A stretch of 64,000 nucleotides of DNA, from positions 298 to 64,297 of the forward strand of contig CANOYR010000009.1 in NCBI GenBank assembly GCA_947571655.1, written 5' to 3'. Origin of the DNA: an uncultured Bacillales bacterium (GTDB lineage Bacteria > Bacillota_I > Bacilli_A > RF39 > UBA660). A model generated the notes under the pieces. The model made no database searches, was not told the origin of the DNA, and was given only the letters and a program-made list of their open reading frames with translations. The position numbers and the translations under genes were made by a program. Shown here piece after piece: positions 8,793 to 15,737 of this stretch; position 1 is the first letter of the stretch; each line of letters begins with the position of its first letter.

Positions 8793-9278
8793 GTGATTGA
8801 TAAAAGATATTTTGTTGTAAAGAATAAAAATGATCCATCCATTACTTATTTTGAGTATAATCAGATGGAAGGTTATGATTTATCACCAAAAAAAAATATT
8901 AAAATTAAGGACGCGATTAACATAAACAAAGTAGTAATTATTAATCCAAGCCTAATGCAAAAAGTTGCGAAGAAAAAATTGGATTTAAAATTTAAAAAAT
9001 TATTAGAATCAATGTCCGTAATCTTTGATAGTGATGATGATAGTAGTGGAGACTCTTACCGACAGGGTTTAAACGAAATCAATAAGCTTCGATTAGAAGC
9101 GAAAATGAAGTATCAAAACTATATGGAAGAAGAAGCCTATCAAGTATTCGAAAAAAAATTAGAAATTCTAGAACAGGAATTAAAAGCAAGAATCTATTAC
9201 TTAGAACAGTATTATTATCAAAAACAATTAGAAAATGAGTATCAGGAAGAAAATGCAATCGGAAGAAGAGGTCGATAA
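8793..9278 (+). CDS. Hypothetical coiled-coil protein (161 aa)
   Basis: GTG start with a GAGGGA RBS. The C-terminal half is heptad-like and E/K/Q-rich. I recognise no family. Confidence 0.5.
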   Translation: MIDKRYFVVKNKNDPSITYFEYNQMEGYDLSPKKNIKIKDAININKVVIINPSLMQKVAKKKLDLKFKKLLESMSVIFDSDDDSSGDSYRQGLNEINKLRLEAKMKYQNYMEEEAYQVFEKKLEILEQELKARIYYLEQYYYQKQLENEYQEENAIGRRGR

Positions 9279-9308
9279 ATCGAGAGTTAAAAATCTCGAT
9301 TTTTTTCT
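9278..9308 (+). terminator. Intrinsic terminator ending the rimM-trmD transcription unit
   Basis: AAATCGAGA (9278-9286) pairs with TCTCGATTT (9294-9302) and is followed by a T-run. Confidence 0.75.
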
Positions 9309-9401
9309 TTTCCTAAAAATTCTTTCTTGTAAAGGGATTCGATAAGGAGTATAACTAGATAAAGAATATAATTTTAATGAATAGAATAGGAGAATTGGGG
9401 T

Positions 9402-11219
9402 ATGAAAATTAGAGATAATCGAAAAGCATTTACATTAATAGAATTATTAACTGTGATTGTTCTATTAGGATTAATTCTTACCCTTACTATCCCTGCACTT
9501 AGAAATTTAACCTATAATGGAGCAGAAAAACAATATCAGTATCATCAAAAACTAGTTCATGAAGCAGCCAAGCTCTATGCAAAAAATTATCGAGGAGAGT
9601 TAAATAACGAATCATCTTCTTGTTTCAATATCCCTTATCAATCATTAATTCAAGAGGGCTTAATTGAAGAAGAAGATACAATTTGTAGTGGAAATGTTAT
9701 TTTAGAACGAAGAAATAGTGATGGCTATAATTATAATTATTACTTAACTTGTAAGGATATCTCTGGAAAGCAACTTCATAACTCTGATCCCATACCTCTT
9801 GCTTGTAAAGGAATTCATGGTAGTTTTAAAATAGAATATGCCCTATATAAAGATGGACCTTCAGGAAGAGAATCCTATACAGAAGGGGAATGGGCCAAGT
9901 ATATTTATGGAGAGTATAATACAAGCAGTCCTTATAATTATCCACTTGATTACTTTGAATATAGTGCCGATTTTGTCAATTGGGTTCGAATTGATGAGAG
10001 AACTCATACCTACACCAATTATAATGGAAATATTTTTGTAAGAGCCGTAGATACTGGTGGAAATGTCAGTGAATCAATTCGACATCTTATAAGAGGAGAT
10101 AGTATAGGTCCTACTTTTTCTCTAAGTAATAATGAAAATGGTGTTACAGAAGATGATAAAATAGAAGTTTCTATTACAAATATAGAAGATGTTGGTATTG
10201 GAGTGAATGAGGCAGCAAACATTTACTCTATCGATGGAGTTACTTGGACCAACAATCCTAGTTGGACCTTTCCATTAAATAGTAATGCTACCATTTACGT
10301 TCAAGATCAGCTTGGGAATATTTCTAGTCAAGAAGTACAAATTGTTCGTGCCTGTAATTCAAAAAGCGGAAGTGCAACTGCAGCAGACGTTGTCGAGGGA
10401 AAAACGGTATGGATTGGCGGAGAAAAGATAATAGGAACTATGAAGAATAATGGTGGAGTTACAAAAGAACTTCCTGTTGGAAGTCAATTTATCATTGCAG
10501 AAGGATATCATGATGGAACTGGAAAAATTAGTGTAAGTGGATTAAGCGAAAATACAAAAGCAACTGCTTCTGCAGCGCATATTGTATCAGGAAAAACTGC
10601 ATGGGTAAATGGAGAAAAACTAACAGGAACCCTACCAAATGTTTCGAAAGGAAATCAAGTATTAAATCTAGGTGATAGCTATACAATTGCTCCTGGATAT
10701 CACAATGGAAAAGAAACCATCCGAGTAAAGAGTTTGATGGAACATACACAAGCAGATGCAACAGCAGATAATTTATCACTAGGAGTTAGTGCATGGGTAA
10801 ATGGTGCAGAAATTATTGGAACTGGAGCAGACAAAGAGGCCTGGTATCAAAAAGGATATGTAGAAAGTAAAAATAGATGTACAGCGGATCTTACAAATAT
10901 GAAAACCAGTGTCAAATTTATCAATAATGGGACTCAAACCCAAACCTTTACCTTTACCATTGCAACAGCAAATTATACGAAGTTACACATTGGAGATATT
11001 ACAACGACTACTGTCGACCATTATAAAATACGTTTGAATTGTTCTGGCAATTCTTCTGAAGTATTGTATGGAGATAAAAATCAAGTGATTGATATTTCAC
11101 CATATAATAGCATTACTGTAACAATAGAAATCGAAAAAACAGCAGCCCTTGGTACAGATTATCTAGGAGGGGAAGGAAAAGCTCCACAAATTATCATTTC
11201 CTATATGTATTTTGATTAG
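9402..11219 (+). CDS. Large (605 aa) protein with an N-terminal type IV prepilin-type cleavage/methylation signal, Ig-like middle region and repeat-bearing C-terminal half
   Basis: MKIRDNRKA|FTLIELLTVIVLLGLILTLTIPAL has the F-T-L-I-E motif with Glu at +5 and a hydrophobic helix, but Ala rather than Gly at -1. The middle region has VRAVDTGGNVS / VQDQLGNIS Ig-like strand motifs. Residues 317-486 hold 2.5 copies of a ~60-aa module. Confidence 0.75.
   Translation: MKIRDNRKAFTLIELLTVIVLLGLILTLTIPALRNLTYNGAEKQYQYHQKLVHEAAKLYAKNYRGELNNESSSCFNIPYQSLIQEGLIEEEDTICSGNVILERRNSDGYNYNYYLTCKDISGKQLHNSDPIPLACKGIHGSFKIEYALYKDGPSGRESYTEGEWAKYIYGEYNTSSPYNYPLDYFEYSADFVNWVRIDERTHTYTNYNGNIFVRAVDTGGNVSESIRHLIRGDSIGPTFSLSNNENGVTEDDKIEVSITNIEDVGIGVNEAANIYSIDGVTWTNNPSWTFPLNSNATIYVQDQLGNISSQEVQIVRACNSKSGSATAADVVEGKTVWIGGEKIIGTMKNNGGVTKELPVGSQFIIAEGYHDGTGKISVSGLSENTKATASAAHIVSGKTAWVNGEKLTGTLPNVSKGNQVLNLGDSYTIAPGYHNGKETIRVKSLMEHTQADATADNLSLGVSAWVNGAEIIGTGADKEAWYQKGYVESKNRCTADLTNMKTSVKFINNGTQTQTFTFTIATANYTKLHIGDITTTTVDHYKIRLNCSGNSSEVLYGDKNQVIDISPYNSITVTIEIEKTAALGTDYLGGEGKAPQIIISYMYFD
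10350..10859 (+). repeat. 2.5 copies of a ~60-aa protein repeat module (copy set A)
   Basis: The copies are ATAADVVEGKTVWIGGEKIIGT...FIIAEGYHDGTGKI, ATASAAHIVSGKTAWVNGEKLTGT...YTIAPGYHNGKETI and ADATADNLSLGVSAWVNGAEIIGTG. Confidence 0.8.
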
Positions 11220-11228
11220 AGGTGACTT

Positions 11229-12122
11229 ATGAAAAGAGAAAAAAAAGTTCTACAAATTTATTTCCTTTGCTTTTTACTAATTATGATAATTGGTTTTACT
11301 TATAATAAAAAAGAGCAAACCAAAATATATGTATCTAATGAAGAATTAGACCTTTTAGCAGCAACAGATACTACAATTATTCGTGCATGTAGTGGATCTT
11401 CCTCTGCACAAACAAAAGAAATTCTAGCTGGAAAAACCGCTTGGACTGGAGATAATATTTTAGTAGGAACGATGATTAGTCATGATTCAGAAGTTATTAC
11501 CCTAAATGCAGGAGATGTTTATACGATTCCAGAAGGATATCATGATGGAAAAGGAAGAATTATTATTAATAACTTAGAAAATCAAACATCTGCAGATGCA
11601 ACTGCTAAAGATGTTTTAATAGGGGAAACGGTGTGGGTCAATGGAAAGCAAATTGTGGGAACCCTAAAAAAACAATCATTTGATAATATTGCTTTAAATC
11701 CAGGAGATAGTTATACAATTCCAGAAGGATACTATGAAAATCCAATTACGATTTCTACGCCCTCTCTTAGTGAATTAACAAACGCAACTCTAACAGCAGA
11801 CACTTTAAGTGCAGGGAAAACAGCTTGGGCAAACGGACAAAAAATTATTGGAACAGGAAAAGAAAATCAAATAAGTTATCAGGAGGGTCAAAAGGCAAAC
11901 ACATCGAATGGGACTACTAGACTTACAGCGATTACCACACGAATGAATATTAAATTAGGAAGTCTAGGGGATAGTCTACAGGGAACTGGAGCGAATATGA
12001 TTTTAGATGGAACAGGCGTGAATGGTGTTGGATACATTGGGGTTTATCAAACTGCCTCGCTGATAGCTTCTTCGAACTATCAAACAATATCTGCAACAAT
12101 TCCTAATCGAAAATGTGATTAG
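11229..12122 (+). CDS. Membrane-anchored/secreted paralog (297 aa) carrying the same repeat module as the upstream pilin-like protein
   Basis: It has an N-terminal TM/signal anchor (VLQIYFLCFLLIMIIGF). IIRACSGSSSAQTKEILAGKTAWTGDNILVGT...YTIPEGYHDGKGRI, ADATAKDVLIGETVWVNGKQIVGT...YTIPEGYYENPITI and ATLTADTLSAGKTAWANGQKIIGTG are colinear with residues 314-486 of the upstream protein. Confidence 0.7.
   Translation: MKREKKVLQIYFLCFLLIMIIGFTYNKKEQTKIYVSNEELDLLAATDTTIIRACSGSSSAQTKEILAGKTAWTGDNILVGTMISHDSEVITLNAGDVYTIPEGYHDGKGRIIINNLENQTSADATAKDVLIGETVWVNGKQIVGTLKKQSFDNIALNPGDSYTIPEGYYENPITISTPSLSELTNATLTADTLSAGKTAWANGQKIIGTGKENQISYQEGQKANTSNGTTRLTAITTRMNIKLGSLGDSLQGTGANMILDGTGVNGVGYIGVYQTASLIASSNYQTISATIPNRKCD
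11385..11888 (+). repeat. 2.5 copies of the same ~60-aa repeat module (copy set B)
   Basis: Same order and same flanks as copy set A: I-[IV]-R-A-C before, and I-I-G-T-G-x-x-x-x-x-x-Y-Q-x-G after. Confidence 0.8.
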
Positions 12123-12156
12123 AATAGTGAATTTTTTAGAAAAATATAAAAAATTG

Positions 12157-12185
12157 TTGCAATTATAAATAAAAATTGTTATAAT
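12157..12185 (+). promoter_or_regulatory. Near-consensus sigmaA promoter for rplS
   Basis: TTGCAA (12157-12162), a 17-nt spacer ending in TGT (extended -10) and TATAAT (12180-12185) lie about 78 nt upstream of the rplS ATG. Confidence 0.6.
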
Positions 12186-12263
12186 TTTACTCGTTAGTAA
12201 TCCGATGCTTATAAAAATATATTTTGTATGATTGCTGGAAAACAAAGAAAGGAGATATCGTAT

Positions 12264-12611
12264 ATGGCAAATGTAATTGATAGAATTACAAAAAAACAGA
12301 TGAATCCTAATATTCCTGAATTTAGAGTTGGAGATACTGTACGTGTCGATGTTAAAATTATCGAAGGAAAACGTGAAAGAATTCAGGCATTTGAAGGAAT
12401 TGTAATTGCCCGTAAAAATGGAGGAATTTCTGAAACCTTTACAGTTCGTAAAATGTCCTCAGGAATTGGAGTAGAAAGAATTTTTCCAATTCACTCTCCA
12501 AAGATTGCAGGAATTACAGTAATTAAAAAGGGTAAAGTAAGACGTGCTAAACTAACATTCTTAAGAGGTTTCGTTGGTCAATACAAAATCAAAGAAAGAA
12601 GAGATAAATAA
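12264..12611 (+). CDS. rplS: 50S ribosomal protein L19
   Basis: [63 protein letters not shown] is a canonical L19. An AAAGGAG RBS precedes the ATG at 12264. The track ORF start at 12228 is an upstream extension. Confidence 0.93.
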   Translation: MANVIDRITKKQMNPNIPEFRVGDTVRVDVKIIEGKRERIQAFEGIVIARKNGGISETFTVRKMSSGIGVERIFPIHSPKIAGITVIKKGKVRRAKLTFLRGFVGQYKIKERRDK

Positions 12612-12634
12612 AAGAAGATTATAGTCTTCTTTTA
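12612..12634 (+). terminator. Intrinsic terminator after rplS
   Basis: AAGAAGA (12612-12618) pairs with TCTTCTT (12625-12631) across a 6-nt loop, followed by a short T-run. Confidence 0.5.
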
Positions 12635-12652
12635 TTGATTGGTACTTTTACA

Positions 12653-13171
12653 ATGAAAGAAAAAATAATTCATTCCATAAAAGAGTTATTTCCATATATT
12701 ACGATTTTATTAATAATTTTACTAATTAAAAGATTTGCTTTTGGAACCATCTTAGTAAATGGTCGTAGTATGGAAGATACCCTACATGATAAGGATTTTA
12801 TGATATTAGATAAAATTACCTATCGATTTCATGAAATTAAAAGATTTGATATTGTCGTTGTACAAGTAGGAAATCAAAAATTAATTAAACGTGTAATAGG
12901 GCTTCCTAAAGAAGTGATTTCATATAAAGACAATGAACTCTATATTAATTATGAAAAAGTGGAAGATTCCCATTCCAGTCGTGTTACTTATGATTTTGAT
13001 CTTAGTTTATTTGAACTACACTCTATTCCAGAAAATACCTACTTTGTAATGGGAGATAATCGAACGGATTCCTTAGATAGTCGAAGCTTTGGTGTTGTAG
13101 AGGAAAAGGATATTATAGGAAAAGCTTCATTTGTTCTTTTTCCATTCTCACACTTCGGTAGTGTCAAATAG
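12653..13171 (+). CDS. lepB: Signal peptidase I
   Basis: GRSMEDTL (catalytic Ser box), LIKRVIGLP (Lys box) and YFVMGDNRTDSLDSRSFG are S26 motifs. The start is the ATG at 12653 or the TTG at 12635, and the TTG sits in the terminator tail. Confidence 0.9.
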   Translation: MKEKIIHSIKELFPYITILLIILLIKRFAFGTILVNGRSMEDTLHDKDFMILDKITYRFHEIKRFDIVVVQVGNQKLIKRVIGLPKEVISYKDNELYINYEKVEDSHSSRVTYDFDLSLFELHSIPENTYFVMGDNRTDSLDSRSFGVVEEKDIIGKASFVLFPFSHFGSVK

Positions 13172-13192
13172 AACCTTTGGGTTCTTTTTTTC
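13170..13192 (+). terminator. Intrinsic terminator after lepB
   Basis: AGAACC (13170-13175) pairs with GGTTCT (13180-13185) across a 4-nt loop, followed by T7. Confidence 0.7.
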
Positions 13193-13309
13193 TTTTGTTT
13201 TTTTTCACTTCCCAAAAGAAAATTTGCAACTGTCAAATCGATGATAAAAACTTTTATTTTTACAAAAAAGACGATATAATATTTTTAGGATATAAGAGGT
13301 GTATGATTT

Positions 13310-15592
13310 ATGGCAAAAAAGAAGAAAAAGAAGAAATCAAGTGAAAAGAAATTTGAACACTGGAATGAAGTAATAGGACTTTTTCTGATTGTGGTATCCA
13401 TTTTAAGTATTGTACCATCACCCCTTGGAATGATTGGAGAGTTGGGAGCTAGTTTCGCGATGTTTCTAATTGGAACATGGTATCAAGTTTTACTTCTCTT
13501 CACTCTTTGCTTTGGATGTTACATGATTTATAAACGTGAACTTCCCAATCTTTTAACAGGAAGAATGATTGGTTTATATTTCTTAATAGTTAGTGTATTA
13601 GAACATACGACATATGTAAAAGCAAATGCTAATGATATATTGAAAGTTTTTCAAGTAACGGTAGATAATTTAGTAGCCAATTTTCAACATATCATAGATG
13701 ATAGTGCCCTTACTTTAAAAGGGGCAGGAATTATTGGGGCCTTTTTCAGTGTTGTTTTCTATAAACTATTTGCATTAGAAGGAACCTATATTGTTTCAAT
13801 TCTATTTTTAATTGTGAGTGTTGCTCTACTAACTGGATTTGATTTTGTATCTTTCCTTATGAAACCATGGAACAGAAGAAAAAAGAAGAAACCAAGCTTA
13901 GAAGATACAGGAGTTATTGTAAATGACTCTTCTGTTTTAGAAGAAGAAATCGAAAAAAGAGAAGAAGTAGAGAAACCACTTCCTAATCAGGAGGATGGCA
14001 AAATAAGAATTCATAGTATTGATGAATTAACTCATGCGAAAGATAACGGTACAGATACTAAGATTGAAAATTCAGAAGTTTCTTTAGAACCTAGCAAAGA
14101 AGTAAAAATTAATGACAATACAAATCGTAATTATCAATTACCATCACTTTCACTTCTTTCTGTTACAAAAAAAGCAAAAGCTGGAAACAATAATGAAATT
14201 ATCGAAGCAAATATTATGAAGCTAGAAAAAGTATTAAAAGATTTTAATATTATTGCGAAAGTAGTAGAAGTAAATGTAGGACCTAGTGTTACACAGTACG
14301 AATTAGAAATTTCATCAGGTACCAAAGTGAGTAAAATTCTTAGCTTAAATCGAGAAATTTCATTGGCTTTAGCTAAGAAAGATGTGCGTATTCAAGCTCC
14401 AATTCCAGGAAAAAGTACGGTTGGAATTGAACTTGCAAACGATGCTGTAAGTCCTGTTGGATTAAGAGAAATCTTAGATTCTGTTCCTGCCAATAAAGTA
14501 AATAGTAAACTTTTAGTAGCGCTTGGAAAGAATATTATGGGAAACTCGATTTTCTGTGAAATTGACAAAACACCACATATGCTAGTTGCAGGTTCTACAG
14601 GTAGTGGTAAATCTGTTTGCATCAACTGTATCATTGCATCTATTTTAATGCGTGCAAAACCAAATGAAGTAAAACTAGTATTGGTGGATCCTAAAAAAGT
14701 AGAACTTAGTATGTATAACTGCATTCCTCATTTACTAATTCCTGTAGTTACTGATCCAAGAAAGGCAAATGATGCTTTAAAGAGAATTGTTAAGGAAATG
14801 GAAGATAGATATGATACCTTTAGTGAGAAAGGTGTCAAAAATATTTCCACATATAATGAGTGGGTAGACAAACAAAATGAAGGAAAACCAGAAGAAGAAC
14901 ATTTAAACCATATGTCCTATATCGTCGTTATTATCGATGAACTTGCAGACTTGATGATGGTTGCCAGTAAAGAAGTGGAAGATTCCATTATGAGAATTAC
15001 TCAAATGGCTCGTGCAGCAGGAATCCATTTAATTATCGCAACACAAAGACCTTCTACAGATGTCATTACAGGAGTTGTAAAAGCCAATATTCCATCACGT
15101 ATCTCATTCGCTGTATCTTCTAGTATTGATTCTCGTACGATTTTAGATCAAATTGGAGCAGAAAAACTTCTTGGAAAAGGAGATATGTTATTTTTACCAA
15201 TGGGAGAGAATGCACCAGTTCGTGTACAAGGTGCTTATGTTTCTGATGAAGATTTACAAAAACTTTGTGATTGGGCAATTTCTCAACAAAAAGCACAGTA
15301 TGATGAAAGATTTATGAATTTAGGAGAAACTTCTAGTAGTGGAGGACTTAGTGTTGATGATGTTAAAAATGCTCCAGAGGAATATGAAGATCCCCTATAT
15401 AATGAAATTGTTGAGTATGTCATCATGGCGGGACAAGCAAGTGCTTCGAAACTTCAACGAAAATATAGTCTAGGATATAATCGTGCTGCTAGAATTATTG
15501 ATTTATTAGAAGAACGTGGAATTATTGGGCCAGCCAATGGTTCAAAACCTAGAGAAGTATTAATTAAACTAGATGATGAGGAAGAACGCTAA
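13310..15592 (+). CDS. ftsK: DNA translocase FtsK/SpoIIIE
   Basis: It has 4-5 N-terminal TM helices, a linker, the motor domain with Walker A GSTGSGKS and Walker B VVIIDELADL, and a C-terminal gamma winged helix (ASASKLQRKYSLGYNRAARIIDLLEERGIIGP). Confidence 0.95.
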   Translation: MAKKKKKKKSSEKKFEHWNEVIGLFLIVVSILSIVPSPLGMIGELGASFAMFLIGTWYQVLLLFTLCFGCYMIYKRELPNLLTGRMIGLYFLIVSVLEHTTYVKANANDILKVFQVTVDNLVANFQHIIDDSALTLKGAGIIGAFFSVVFYKLFALEGTYIVSILFLIVSVALLTGFDFVSFLMKPWNRRKKKKPSLEDTGVIVNDSSVLEEEIEKREEVEKPLPNQEDGKIRIHSIDELTHAKDNGTDTKIENSEVSLEPSKEVKINDNTNRNYQLPSLSLLSVTKKAKAGNNNEIIEANIMKLEKVLKDFNIIAKVVEVNVGPSVTQYELEISSGTKVSKILSLNREISLALAKKDVRIQAPIPGKSTVGIELANDAVSPVGLREILDSVPANKVNSKLLVALGKNIMGNSIFCEIDKTPHMLVAGSTGSGKSVCINCIIASILMRAKPNEVKLVLVDPKKVELSMYNCIPHLLIPVVTDPRKANDALKRIVKEMEDRYDTFSEKGVKNISTYNEWVDKQNEGKPEEEHLNHMSYIVVIIDELADLMMVASKEVEDSIMRITQMARAAGIHLIIATQRPSTDVITGVVKANIPSRISFAVSSSIDSRTILDQIGAEKLLGKGDMLFLPMGENAPVRVQGAYVSDEDLQKLCDWAISQQKAQYDERFMNLGETSSSGGLSVDDVKNAPEEYEDPLYNEIVEYVIMAGQASASKLQRKYSLGYNRAARIIDLLEERGIIGPANGSKPREVLIKLDDEEER

Positions 15593-15618
15593 TATTATTG
15601 AAGAACGCTAATATTATT
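15581..15618 (+). repeat. Perfect 19-bp tandem duplication spanning the ftsK stop codon
   Basis: GAAGAACGCTAATATTATT occurs at 15581-15599 and again at 15600-15618 with no spacer. Confidence 0.95.
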
Positions 15619-15737
15619 TTTTAAATAAAAAGAAAATCATCTTAGGTTTTCTTTTTTTAGAAAAACAAACAAATAATTTACTTGTCAACAAAATCAAAAA
15701 ATTGTATAATTTTATTATAGGAAAATAGGTGTTTAAT

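Noticed and set aside
9402-12122. A complete type IV pilus, competence pseudopilus or phage tail gene cluster
   Set aside because: Only one pilin-signal protein and one paralog are present. No assembly ATPase, platform protein, prepilin peptidase, phage structural gene or integrase is in the window, so I report the pair only as an orphan of unknown function.
12228-12263. N-terminal extensions suggested by the ORF track for rplS (12228), ZIP (30088), ruvA (36629), the ORF after ruvB (38947), the TPR protein (41803), mutL (61918) and others
   Set aside because: In each case a downstream ATG has a properly spaced Shine-Dalgarno sequence and gives the family-typical N-terminus. The extension overlaps the upstream gene or a terminator.
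12186-12263. Possible L19 (rplS) leader RNA between the rplS promoter and the start codon
   Set aside because: A ~78-nt 5' UTR is compatible with an autoregulatory leader. I could not fold a convincing conserved structure by eye and cannot run Infernal, so I do not report it as a feature.
15581-15618. The 19-bp direct repeat as a target-site duplication of a mobile element
   Set aside because: The two copies are directly adjacent with nothing between them. That fits slippage duplication, not an insertion flanked by a target-site duplication.
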